Positions 25,049 to 37,960 are shown, numbered from the stretch's first letter. The stretch is DNA of 64,000 nucleotides from Camelus dromedarius (GCF_036321535.1 NC_087451.1:9424001-9488000); one strand, 5' to 3'. Numbers and translations are program-made. Notes: generated by a model from the letters alone, not told the origin.

Positions 25049-25220
25049 NNNNNNNNNNNNNNNNNNNNNNNNNNNNNNNNNNNNNNNNNNNNNNNNNNNN
25101 NNNNNNNNNNNNNNNNNNNNNNNNNNNNNNNNNNNNNNNNNNNNNNNNNNNNNNNNNNNNNNNNNNNNNNNNNNNNNNNNNNNNNNNNNNNNNNNNNNNN
25201 NNNNNNNNNNNNNNNNNNNN
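25049..25220. other. N run (172 nt); other N runs at 4073-4209, 29018-29145, 30457-30596, 52698-52885, 53079-53226, 54358-54547
   Basis: Direct read. Confidence 0.99.
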
Positions 25221-26614
25221 CTTAGACACAGGAAATTGCGTTTTTTAAAAGAAAATGAATCAAACTTAAAGTCTGGAGGTCAATATCAATGGGTCAGACA
25301 CACAAGCACAAGGAACTGTGTGTCTGTGAACATGGTATCTTCCACTGCTGCTCCTGCAGGGCTCTGGGGGTGAGAGAAAGATCAAGTTCACATGCAGGCA
25401 CAAGGCAATTCTTGGCCGTGTACTGTGATAGGGTCCTCAGATATGTGATTGTTTGCCCATCAGAGTGAGAGTCCTCTCCCATCTGTACGTCTGGATTGGG
25501 AGATCTGCTCCTTAGAATTTAGGTCCTTCCATCTTAGCCAGACCCTGAAATTCAGCATCAGAAGTTCATGCACAGAAGTCGTCTAAAAGAAATGAGGCCA
25601 CTAATTCTCAAACACAGTAACTGTCTTCTAATCTGGTTAATCCCTAGAGAGAGAAAACGAGTCAGCATGTTGGTATCAATAGCCATAGGAAGTGTTCTCC
25701 CACAGCTGTGAGACGCCCTCCAGTCAGTGAGTTTGCTGTCACAGAAGGGACTCACGTAATCCCCTGATAGCCACAGCACAGGCAGAAATATGCCATGCAT
25801 TGGTACTGTGTCTCAGTCACGGGAGGGGTTACCTGGGGTTGTTTGAACTGCGTTAGATCCAGGTTAGTAGCGATGCCACCTCCTCTACCATCAGCTGAAG
25901 TGAAACTCTAGTCAGGCTTCTTTCTGGCAGCATGCTCACTGCTGGCTTTGACTGGGTCTTTCTGGACACCAAGGATCACAGGGCCTCCCAGTGCATGGCA
26001 TACAATAGTTTGGGACAGATCAACCATGGTGGCTGAGTTTAATCCAAAATGCCCTAAAAGCCTGCATACAGCTGGCTTATCCCACCTCAGTCTATGGGTT
26101 TAGAACTCTAATATAATGGCCCAAGCTGAGACTTTCTCTGCCATATGGATCAAAAAAGCCATGTGGACGTTCGTCTCCCAAAGCAAAGTTGCAAATAAGT
26201 CTAGTCAAAGATTGTCCTCATAGCTCTTGTCATTTTCAAATGGAGACAGGTGCAGAAGAGTTGGACTCACTGAATGATGAAGACACTGAGCCTTGAAGGA
26301 CTTCTATCACTAAGTTAGCTTGTGATGGAGATGGAACAGTGAAATTCTGGAGCTGGATGGCTGAATGAGGAGTAAAAGATGGGCATGTCTAAACAACACG
26401 AATGCCAATTCGGGGCACTGAGATTGCATGTTGTTTTTATTTGGGATCTTGGAGAAGAATAGAAAACAATTGACAGGAAGCAACCAGTTTTGAAAATTCA
26501 GTGAGTCCATGGGTCTTAGGCAGGTGAGCTAGTCAGAAATCAACCATTCTTCAGCAGTCTAGGCAGTAGCAAACATATACAGGTGTTCTTGATAAATGAA
26601 CTGCTTTGAGCCAG

Positions 26615-26790
26615 ATCAGTTGCTTGTTTTGCCTCACTGAATTCACATGATAACTTCATAAGTTAAGTATCATTATCCGCATTTTACAGATGAGGAACCT
26701 GGAGCTCCTAGGTTCATTTATTGTGGCGATTAAGTAACGTATCCAAATTTGCATAGTTAATGGAAGTGCTAAAACCCCAAAACAAGTCCT
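26615..26790 (-). mobile_element. MIR
   Basis: attatccgcattttacagatgaggaacctgg...ttaagtaacgtatccaaa. Confidence 0.68.
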
Positions 26791-27849
26791 TCTTTAAAAG
26801 AAAATCACCTCTGACTGGATACAGAAGCTAATAGTAGAAACCTACAGGAACGTACATTAGCAGAGCGCTGAGCTACAGCCCTCATAATCCTGCCCCTCCC
26901 GAGACGACCTTAATGGCACAGAGTACGTAGTTCTGTTTTTGTGTGTGTATTTGCTACCCAACCTTAAAACATAAATACCCACATTCCACACAAAAATTAG
27001 GACTTGCTTTTTAAAGTTTGTCTTGAATATCTTTCTGTGTCAATAATATCTTTCTGGGTCTAGAATGGTTCTAGAACTTGCTTTATAAAATTTGTCTTGA
27101 ATATTTTTCTGCATCATTTTAAGGATTCCTGTAGTTTATTTAACCCTATCGAGTATTTTGATTCCTACTTTTGGTAACTAAAAGCCCTACTGCGATTCAG
27201 TGTGCGCTATTTATTTATATGTTATTGTACACTTGTGAATGGACAACTGCAGGATAATTTCCTAGGAATGAATTTTTTGGGTGAAATCATATAAAACCGA
27301 CACTCTGTCCACTATACAAAGCCACCTCCTTTGGCTTCCGTTGGCTTTCTGTTTACTTTGATTTCTGAGTGAAGTTGGATACCAAATTTTCAGGCAAATA
27401 ATTTTATCTTTCACTTGGATTTCATTGCTAAGGAATTGCTAAGAATTCCATTCGATTTGAGGAACAACCAACACAGTCCAACTCTGAGGCAGAAGAGCTG
27501 GCAAGCAGATCTCTGAAAGTGTCCTTTTATTCAATATTACATTCAATAACTACTTATTGATTTTTAATTTTGTGCAGCCCACTGCACAAGATCGTGATTA
27601 AGCAGTGGTAAAGCAGGTAGCGTCCCTTCAGGCCACTGGAGATACTGTTTGTACAAAATCCATCTGCTGCTCAGCACCAGGCTGCTGCCGTCCGGGTAGA
27701 CCAGCCGTGGTGTTACAAGAACCACTCCTTAATGCTCACTTTAGTTTCCACGCCACAGAACCACTACTAATGGGAAGTATTCTGAAAGGAGGTTACAGAT
27801 CAGACTCCTAAAGCAGGTTATTTCCACAGTTGATCAATGTTTTAATTAA

Positions 27850-30800
27850 AATTTTAATTTCGAAATAATTGTACATCCACATGCAGTCATAAGAAATAAC
27901 ACAGGGAGATCGAATGTGCCCTTTACCCAGTTCCCCCAATAGTAACAACTTGTATTTTGTGATAACAATGTCACAACCAGAATATGGATATTGACTTAGT
28001 CAAGAAACGGAACATTTCCATCACAACAAAGATCCTTCCTGTTGCCCTTTTACAACCACATCCACTCCCTCCCTAACAGTTACCTTGACAACCACTAATC
28101 TCGTCTCTATTTCTATATTTTGACATTAATAAATGTTGTACAAATGGAATAATATGGCATGTAACCTTTTAAGATTGGCTTTTTTACTCAGCATAATTCT
28201 CTGGAAATTCATCCAGGTTGTTGTGGGTATCAACAGTCTGCTCCTTATTATTGCTGAGTAGTATTCCATGGTTCAGATGTACCATAATTTGCTTAAACTT
28301 TCATCCATTGAAGGTTATCTAGGTTGTGTCCAGTTTGGGGCCATTATGAATAAAGCTGCTATGAACATTCATGTACAGGTTTTTGCGCCAAAACTGGTCT
28401 TCATTTCTTTGGGATGAATGCCTAGCAGTGCAACTGCTGGGACATATATAAGTTGCATGTTTATTTTTTTTAAGAAACTCCCAAACTGTTTTCCAGAGTG
28501 ACTGTGCCATTTTCCATTCCCACTAGTGATCAATATGCTCTGCATCCTCACCAGCATTTGGTGTTGTCAACTATTTTTTTTAATTTCAGCCATTTTGATA
28601 AGCTTATAGTAAAATCTCATTGTGGTTTTAATCTGCACTCACCTAAATGGCTAGTGATGTTGAGTATAATTTCATGTGTTTATTGCTTATTTGCTGTTTA
28701 TCCTCTTTGCTGACATGTCTCTTCATATCTTTTGCCCATTTCCTGATTGGAATGTTTAATTTTTGGTTGTTGATATGTTCTCGATACCAGGTCTAATGTC
28801 AGGCATGTGGTTTGAAAATATTTTTTCCCACTCTGCATCTTATCTCGATTTTGATTAAGTCTAGTTTATCAGTTTTTCCTTTTTATGGATTGTGCTTTTG
28901 GCATCAACTTTTGTCTAGTCCTAGATCTTGAAGAGCTGTTTTTTCTATAGGTGTTAGAGCTTCACATTGACATTTCAGTTTCATGATCCATTTTGAGTTA
29001 ATTATGTATAAGGTATGNNNNNNNNNNNNNNNNNNNNNNNNNNNNNNNNNNNNNNNNNNNNNNNNNNNNNNNNNNNNNNNNNNNNNNNNNNNNNNNNNNN
29101 NNNNNNNNNNNNNNNNNNNNNNNNNNNNNNNNNNNNNNNNNNNNNTTTCATTGCTTCAATACACTAATTGAAAGGCTATCTTTCCTCCATTGGGTTGTTT
29201 TTACACCTTTGTCAAAAGATCTCAGTTGGGCATATTTGTGTGGGTTAATTTCTGAATCTTCTATCCTGTTCTGTAAATCTGTGTGTCTATCCCTTTACTA
29301 ATACCACACTGTCTTGATTACTGTGGCTATATGATAAATCTTGAAATTGAGTAGACAGATTCCTCCTATTTGAGTTTTCTTTGTCAAGATGATTTTAGCT
29401 AGCCTAGTTCCTCTGCCTTTCAACTTACATTTTAGAAAAATCTGTTCTACATCTACAAAAAAATCTTGCTGAGATTTTGATAGACGTTATAATAAAACCA
29501 CATGTCAGCTTGGGAGGAACTGACAATGGGGAGAATTGTCAACGTTGAATCTTCTAACCCATGAACACATACGTCTCTCCATTTAGTAAGATCTTTGTTT
29601 TTTAAATCGGTGTTCTGTAGTTATCAGCGTGGAAATCTTGCACCTGTTTTGTTAGATTTACACATACGATTTCATTTTTAGAACTACTGTAAGTAGTATT
29701 GCATTTAAAAATTCAATCTTATATTAATTGCTAGTATACAGAAATTCAGTTGAGTTTTGTATGCTCATTTTGTATCCTGTGACCCTGTTGAATTTTCTTA
29801 TTAATCCTAGGGGTCTTTTTGAAGACTTCTTGGGATTTTTTTGTGCAATCACTTCATCTGCAAATAAGGACAGTTTTAGTTCTTTTTCATCTGTGTGCCT
29901 TTTATTGCCTTTTCTGGCTTTAATACACTGTAAAGTCTTCCATTACTATGATGAAAAAGAATGGTGAGAGCTGACATACTTGGCTTAATCCTAATCATTG
30001 GGGGAACACATTCAGTCTTTCAACATTTACTATAATGTTAGCCATAGATGTCTTGGTAGATTTTTTTTAATCAAACTGAGGATATTCCTTCTATATCTAT
30101 TTTTTCTGAGAATTATTATCATGAATGAGTGTTGAATTTTGTGTGATACTTTTCCTGCATCAACTTATATGGTCATGTGAATTTTCTTCTTTCTCTTAAT
30201 ATGGTGAATTCCACCGATTGATTTTCAACTATTGAACCAGCCTTATATGCCCTGAATAAATGCCACTTGGTTATAGTGTATAATTCTTTTTATATACTGC
30301 TGGATTCAAATGCTAACATTTGGTTAATGGTTTTTGCATCAATGCTTATGAGGAATATTGGTGTGTGGTTTTACTTTTCAGTACTGTCTTTGGCTTTATT
30401 AGGGCAATATTAGGTTGATAAAGCGAATTGAGACGTGTTCTCTCCTCTTCCGCGTTNNNNNNNNNNNNNNNNNNNNNNNNNNNNNNNNNNNNNNNNNNNN
30501 NNNNNNNNNNNNNNNNNNNNNNNNNNNNNNNNNNNNNNNNNNNNNNNNNNNNNNNNNNNNNNNNNNNNNNNNNNNNNNNNNNNNNNNNNNNNNNNNAGAC
30601 TATTCAAACAATCTATTTCATATTGGGTGAGTTGTGGTAGTCAGTGTTTTTCAAGAAAGCTGTCTGTTTTATCTAAGGTGTCAAATTTATGTTTGTAGAA
30701 CATTCATTATATTTCCTTAGTATCTTTTTAATATCTGTAATGTTCCCCATTTAATTCCTGGTATTGATCATTTGTGTCTTCTCTCTCTCTCTCTTTTTTT

Positions 30801-30975
30801 TTTTTTTTTTTTTTTTTTTGGTCAGTCTTAATAGAAGTATCAACTTTATCTTCTCAAAGAAGCCATCTCTGTGTCATTGATTTTTCTCTAATTTCTTTCT
30901 ATTTTCAATTTCATTGATTTCTGGTCTTTATTATCTCCTCGCTTCTACTTAATTTATTTTGCTCTTCTTTTTCTG
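27850..30975 (-). mobile_element. L1MC-like element (3' UTR plus degraded ORF2)
   Basis: Starts tttcgaaataattgtacatccacatgcagtcataagaaataacac...ccctttacccag (L1MC-type 3' end) and continues into an ORF2-like antisense sequence. Two N runs. Confidence 0.88.
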
Positions 30976-31019
30976 GAAGTAGAAATTAAATTTAAAGACC
31001 ATCACATAGAACATAAGGA

Positions 31020-31420
31020 AACATTATTTTCATATGAAGAATAAAGCAATTACTAATGAGGAAGACAAGTTTAAAATTTTTGTCATGATTAAAAATACAG
31101 TGCTAAGTCATGAAACCACTTTTATGTTCTTATATGACCCCCATAAGTTACAGGAAATATCAGAGGAAGCATTGAAATGTCATTATATACGTTTATGTAT
31201 ATTTAAAATTGAATCCAGGCAAAATGAATTTGTATGAAGAGTTACATCTTTTCAGAAAAATTGCTCTGCAAGAATCATCAGCTGTAGATGAACTAATTTG
31301 TGTGTTCCAAAATTATTTATCAAGAATTATCCGAATATTATTATAATATAAAATATTTTTGAAGGTCCAGTAATAATTGCATCAACAAAAAATCCTCTCA
31401 AAATTAAACAAAATGAGATT
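31020..31420 (+). mobile_element. hAT-Tip100 (Zaphod/Arthur-like) transposase fossil
   Basis: FLYDPHKLQEISEEALKCH (ORF 31034-31237) and a frameshifted YPNIII..YKIFL..PVIIAS..LKIK at 31328-31410, resembling the hAT dimerisation motif YPN..IAYKILLTIPVTVASAERSFSKLK. Confidence 0.68.
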
Positions 31421-31429
31421 CACTAACTG

Positions 31430-31925
31430 ACGTCATGTGTCTCTGTAGTTCATTTCTTTTTATTATTGAGTAATAATCCATAGAATGACTATACCACAGT
31501 TTATTGCTCTGTTATCCTATTAATGATATCTGGACTGTTTCCAGATTGGCTATTTTGACCAAAGCCATGATAAATGTTCTTGTACAGTTCTTTTTGTGGA
31601 TATTTATTTTCCTCTCTTTTGGGTAAAACCCAAGGTAGAAAGGCTTATGACTATAGGGGATGTTATATTTAACCCTATAAGAGACTACCAAACAGTTCTC
31701 CAAAGTTGTTACGCCATTTTATACTCCCTCCCACAATCTACATACATTCAGTCTTTCCTCACCATCCTCATTAACAATTTGATGTTAGCCATTCTAGCAG
31801 GTGCGAACTGGTATCTCACTGCGGCTTTATTTTGCAGTTCTCCATTGACTAATCAGGTTGAGCACCTTTTCATGTGCTTTTTGGCCATTTGTACCTCTCC
31901 TGTTGTGATGTGTCTCATCAAGCCT
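31430..31925 (-). mobile_element. Old L1 fragment
   Basis: gagtaataatccatagaatgactataccacagttt...ttgagcacctttcatgtgc; minus-strand ORF with KNCTRTFIMAL resembles the ORF2 C-terminus. Confidence 0.75.
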
Positions 31926-34148
31926 TTTGCAGGGTTACTACTATTGATTCCATTTTACAGATAAGAAAATTGAGTCTCTAAAGTCAAGTGACTTGCCAAA
32001 GATTCACAGCTAAAAAGTAGCCAGCTCAACTCTTTTAGTCACATTTCCTGACTGTAACTGGTATTTCGTTTCCAAAAGACTGTACTTTTTTCTGCAATGG
32101 ATCCCCCACCCCAGCTTCCCTCATCTGAAACATTCTACAGCACCTGAGGGTCTGTTAGACAAGGGTGCAGCAGAGAAAGCAAAGGTGGAATGATTTCAGG
32201 TTAACTGAAAGCAGTCGTGGTCCTTTCTCAAACAGAACTCAAAACCATTTTACACTAACTCTGGGGTCCCCATGTAATGCCTGATGCCATCCCAGGCAGG
32301 AACCTGCTCTCAGTTTCAACAACTCGGTGCTGCCAAGCTCAAAATAAGGGCACATGTGTTTCACAGGGCCACATGTAACTCTCTGCAGCCTATGCAGTTT
32401 CAGGGTTAAAATCCAATCAGTTAAAATAGCCACCATTTCTCCTGCCCATATGTCACAATGCACTAAGTTAATATTTGGTTAATATTTGATTGATGAATTA
32501 TAAATGCTCCTAAGTGCTTGATTTTGTCACTTCTGTATCTAGAGGAGATGGTGAATATATAGTGTGTGTTGTGTGTGTGTTTTAATTTCAGAAGTAAATG
32601 CATTTTAGGATTGGACTATATCAAAAATCCCTACTTTTCCTTGATACTGAAGGTAAATCCCTGAAGGAGCAGTGAGAATGAATAACGAACTCTGGTTGTA
32701 CTTGATACGCTGAGTTGGAGGGTTGAGGATCTGAAAAATAAGTGGAACTTTGTGCCCTCCCTTTCAAACCAAGAGGAGGTGATCCTGGCTAGATTGGCAG
32801 CGCAGACGGAAGGCGCCTGCTGCAGTCCTTTTAATCCTCTCTGAGCAAAGTCTTGGATTCCCCCCCACCCCAGATAATGAATGAAGTGAATAAGCCATTG
32901 AGCCTCTAATTCCATTCAATGCCTCTGCTCTCCTGCGAAGTGCATCCGGCAGGCCTGACAATGCCATAGAAGAATTACGCTGAGTACTGGCAAACGGAGG
33001 CCCTGAAAAAGCTCTGCTGAGCAGTCGTACAAAGTGGCCAGGGCACCCCATTCGGCCCCTCCCATGTCTGCTCTCCTGGAGCTTCAGAGTCTGGGACAGA
33101 GTGAAGAAAGGGGAGTGGGACAGAAATCTGAAGACAGAACTGAGCCGGGAATAAAGGGACTGTGCCAACGTTTGGAAGGGAAAGATGGGAATAGCTGAGA
33201 CAAGGCTAAATTTTAACAAGGTGAGTCTGTAAAGCCCTCTTAAATAGTATTATTACTACCTCTTTAGCTTTCTTTTTATTTATTCCTGTTTTTTCTTTCT
33301 TCTTCAACTTGTTCAAAGCCTCTTTGGTACTGTGTCCTTTGGGTCAGATGCTCCTGACTTGTGTACAGGAAACCTGATCTGGCATTTTTAGGAGAAAGGG
33401 AGAGAAGTTTTTCCTTTCTGCTGGGAGTGACTGTAATGGGTAAGGTGGCATTCACAGTTCCCGGGGTTAAGTGACAGTGTAGACCGCCTTCATAATTGCT
33501 GGGTCCTGGCCCGTAGCTGTGGGTCTGCATTAATATGTTTGAATACAGTTAACTTCTTTACTTCTCCTCTACCTCAGTATTTTGAATTCTCATCTCGTTG
33601 TGATGAGTTACAAAGAATCGTCTCTCTCTAGTAAGATTCGATGTCGTGAAGTTATGGCGATCAACCATTTGTCAAACTGGTGAGGTATTTCTTAGAGCAG
33701 TAGGCAGGTGAGAGATCTGGCGGGAACTGGATCCCAAGTCATCCACACAACTGTCATCTGAGGAGCTCTCGGGCTGCAAAGTAAATGGAGAAAGCAACCT
33801 GGAAAAGAGGGAAGGCCTCTTTAGAGCTTTACCTATTGATCAGTTGACCAAGGGTAAGGGGACCTGTTGGGAAATTTGGTCTCCGGGGCCTAGGATTCAA
33901 CTTAAACCTGGACTCACACTCCAAACAGAAATATTCCTTGGAAGAGTTCATGAAAATCCATTTTGGCTAGCATTTAGGAGAAGAGAATAAATGAGGGTGG
34001 AAGGAGGAAGATTTTCTCTGTGGCTTGACTGACCACCAACACTACCTAGATTAGTACTCATGCAGACCTCTATTCACTGAGTGAGGACCTGGGGTAATCA
34101 AAGGATCAAATGCTCTCAGTCAATATGGTAAGTGCGTAAAAAAGTTCC

Positions 34149-34216
34149 TGAATCACTATGCTGTACATCAGAAACTAACACAACGTTGTAAATCAACTAC
34201 ACTTCAATAAAAATAA
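34149..34216 (+). mobile_element. Ultra-short L1 3' end
   Basis: tgaatcactatgctgtacatcagaaactaacacaacgttgtaaatcaactacacttcaataaaa. Probable TSD aaaaaagttcc / aaaaaagtacc. Confidence 0.82.
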
Positions 34217-34435
34217 AAAAAAGTACCAGTCCCACCAATAGAAACAGCTTTTTGACTTTATCAAAGAGAACATGAATAGATATCAGGCTCTATTAGTGAG
34301 TGAGGCACAACTGCATTAGTTATTCTTTTGAAAAAAGCAAACATTCCTGATAAATAACATATGTATTAAAGTAGATTTCATTGTACTCCAGGGAAAGAAA
34401 GTTCACCTATGTCAGTTCTGAAGTATCAGAACATA

Positions 34436-35042
34436 CAGTTAGCTCACCATATCTGTGGGTTCCAAGATCTATGAATCCAACCAACTGCTGATCAAAAATA
34501 TTTGGGAAGGAAGCGGGGAGGGTATGCTCAGTGGTTAGGGTACATGCTTAGCATGCACGAGGTCCTGCGTTCAATCCTCAGTACCTCCATTTTAAAAAAT
34601 AATAATAAATTAAATAAATAAACCAACCAACCTAATTACCCCCCAAACAAAAACAAAAACAAATGAAGTACTGATACACACAGCAACTTGGATAAATGTC
34701 AAAGGCATTATGATGAGTGAAAGAACCCAGCCTTAAAAAAGAGGTTACATATGGTACAAGTCCATTTACATGACATTCTTTAAAAAAAAAAAAATTCCAG
34801 GAAAAAATTCTAGATAGCTCCAAAAAGCAAAAGAATTTACCAAGCACCAGCCACTGTTGACATAGCGTTGACATCATATTAGGTGTCATAAGCTATCTAG
34901 AGATGATGCAGGGTATATAGGAGGATGGGCATAGGTTACGTGCAAATGCTATGCCATTTTATATCAGGGACTTGAGCATGGTGGGGGGCAGGGATCGGGG
35001 GTGTCCAGGAAACAATCCCCTACAAACTCAGAGAGACGACTG
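34436..35042. mobile_element. MER2 (TcMar-Tigger) with nested insertion
   Basis: TA|cagtt...atatctgtgggttcc...ccaaccaac...aaaaatatttggg [insert] ...gtgcaaatgctatgccattttatatcagggacttgagcat...gagacgactg. Confidence 0.85.
34515..34660 (+). mobile_element. tRNA-Ala-derived SINE nested in MER2
   Basis: Same head and ACCTAATTACCCCCC tail; interrupts a MER2. Confidence 0.9.
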
Positions 35043-36344
35043 TGTTTGCAGTCCAACCCAAGAGCAGCTGGGTAGAAAGAAAGCAATTTGAGTTTGCGGC
35101 GGACATACGCTTTGATGTGCTAAGTGCTCTAGTAACCTTTTGATATCATAGCATGTTGGTGTCAGGAGTGGCCTTCCAGATCTGCTAGTGTGACCTCCTC
35201 AATTAACAGAGAAAGCTGCCAGTTTTTTCTTTCATTTTTTTTTTTTTTTTTGAAAAAGGGTTGCGGCCCAGGAGATTCTTTGAGAAGATTCCAGTTGATG
35301 TCAGGAGACACTGCATATCAACCTGCTGCAACCCTTCTGCAGAAAGGAGCAGCTCATTAAGCCTTCACCTTTGGCTCATAAGAAAAGTGTAAATTCCATC
35401 CACGTTGCTTTCTTTTCCAGCTTTCTTGCTGGGCTGCTGCTTATTTTGAAGTTAACAAAGCTAAGGAGGCCTGTGGTGAAATGTTTGTTCGGAAGGCCAG
35501 AACCTAAACTTACACTCCTTGTCATGGTCATTTTTTTTTTTTAAAGATGACAGATTGGAGCTGCAGGAGGGGAGAGACTCCAGCCACGCTAGGAATGAAG
35601 GATGCTCTTTCTGGTTTTTTATTGTGACTGTTGTCTTCCCATGCGCTTCTGGGGATATCAGGTTTATCACCATGGCTGTGATGAGGCTGGGAATGTGGTA
35701 GACAATATGACAACAATTTCCTTCCTGGTGTGTCCCTGAATGGCCAGCACAGTCAACATGTAATCAGACGATCCACAGCCTCACTGCCTCTGCTGACAGC
35801 TTCATTATGCCTATGATATTCAGCTGGGTAATTCATTTCCTGAGCATGGCAATATCTCCTGATATGCCTAATGGGTTGAATGTAATTTTGCAAGCTTTTG
35901 AAGATGAATGTCTCCCCTTGTGCTTAGCTTTGTCCTAATATGGGCAACGGTGATAGCTACCATCAGGAAACAGCACTGTAGCATTCTACTTTTTAGCCTA
36001 CATTGGATCTCCAAACCACAAAGGCAGGAAGCATTAGTGATTGGATTGATACACTAGATGTGGTCACTTAATGTCCCTTGTAACCAGCTTTTTTGCCTGC
36101 CTCTGCATTTAACCTTCATAAAGCCAGGGCATTCTACAAAACACAGTGACTTTGCCAAAGGTATAAAATTAGTTAATTAATAGTTCCAGGGATGGGGTGG
36201 GCTTTGGCAGGCACTTACCAGTGCTGTCCTGAAATGCAAGACCTAGGTGAGAAACAAGAAATGTGAGCCACACGTAGTAGCCAATACCCAAGTAGCAATT
36301 TTTCTTTTAATTAAGGGTAAAGTATAAAATGCATTCCTCTGAGT

Positions 36345-36520
36345 TCTCTTTAATTCAGTTGAATTAAACATATGTGCATTGAACACCATCTACCAGGCAC
36401 AGGGTCCCAATCCGTGAGCTGAGAGGCAAATTCAAAGGTTAGTGAGGCCTGATTCCTGCCCTCATGGAGAATTCAGTTCAGTTAGGAAAAGTAGAGCCCA
36501 TTAGACTGTGCTGAGAACTC
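36345..36520 (-). mobile_element. L2 3' end
   Basis: tgcattgaacaccatctaccaggcac...cctgccctcatgga. Confidence 0.6.
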
Positions 36521-37829
36521 TAAATTAGTTATGAATACCACAGCAAGAGAAGAGAAAGACACTCACTCACATTTGGGGAACATAGTTAACATGCAGTCTC
36601 CAAACCCTCCTGCCTTCGTCCACTAACCAGTCTGAATTCTCTTGAGAGACTCTGTTATCCCGAGAGTCTTACTTGAGTTGACATCTTCATTCTGAGAGTC
36701 AGGACCTTTCATCATCTTCACGGGTGATGATCAGTTCCAAGTACCCCAAATGACAGTGGAGGTGTCAGCATGAAGATGGGGCTAAGAATCTTGCAGTCTG
36801 TCCTTCTTTCTGCCACCACACCTGTCTTCTTGACTTTATAAAAGTAAATCCTATGAGGCGGAAAACAGAGACCTACTTTTAACTGCAGATATTTTTTCTA
36901 TTAAGATTTCCTTTACAAAAGAAAAAGAAGGCGGATGAGGAGGAGAATACATAGGAATAGGAAGAAGTGGAGGAAAAGTCTGCCTAAAATCCAGCAGTCA
37001 GTATTTAGACTCATGAGCTTGACTACATCGCCTTGTATTCTGAACCCTTACTTACCTGAATGAATCCTGAATCCAGTTTTCATGCTCCCTGGTGAAGACT
37101 CATGTGATCTGATGGGCAGGTGGACATGTACATAGGGTTTTGAAACCGTGTAGTCTACCAGTTGCTTTATTGGCCTGATCTAAGCAAATTCTTTCTCTGA
37201 AGTATGACTGCATTGAGCTATCAATTTCTAGGGCATGAGTTAACAGTCTTATTTTTAAAATATTTGAGAAGCCTGCACAGAATTCTTAAAGTAAGAGAAG
37301 ACACAAAAGTCGTTTTGGCTTTGAGTTGCAAATGAAAGCCTCCCCCAGAGAAAGAGCCCAAATGACTGTTGTGAACGGAGAGGGGTCCCAGTGTCTCTGG
37401 GATGGCTCGAAACCTCTCGACAGCCTCACTGCCCTCCAGGTCTCACGACACAGGGGCACAATCAGGATGCACTTGGCAACCCACGTATTGTAAATGCTAT
37501 TCCTGATGATAAGATCCAGTGCCTCAAAGAATGTAGATGGCCTCGGGGATGGCTGTAAGGAGAAGTAGCCTGTGCTAATTCCTCTTGGAAAGATTTAGGT
37601 GAATGCTGCCACCTATTGATAGGTGAAGTATATGCCACAGATTCCCACTGACGTGGGATGGTGCTAATTAGTGTTTATCAGAGCAGATCTCACGACTTAC
37701 TTGGCCAAAACATTTTAACAGCCCTAAGTTCATAATTCTTCGTGTATTTGTGATTTAAAAAAAAATAAGTATGTTATACTAATTTAAAACAACTCACAAA
37801 CTGTATTTCTGGTAAGGGACAAATGCCAT

Positions 37830-37960
37830 GGGTTTGGCAGTCAAAGATCTGGGTTTGAGTCTCAGCTCAGCCCCTGAGTGCACACAAACCAGTCAATTCA
37901 TCTCTCTGAACCTGAGTTTCCTCGTCAGTAAAAAGTGGATAATCCTCTTTTGTGTGAGAA
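37830..37960 (+). mobile_element. MIR
   Basis: gtcaaagatctgggtttgagtctcagctc...ctctctgaacctgagtttcctcgtcagtaaaa. Confidence 0.68.

Noticed and set aside
35776-37434. Repeated 14-mer acagcctcactgcc
   Set aside because: Several such 14-mer matches are expected by chance in 64 kb.
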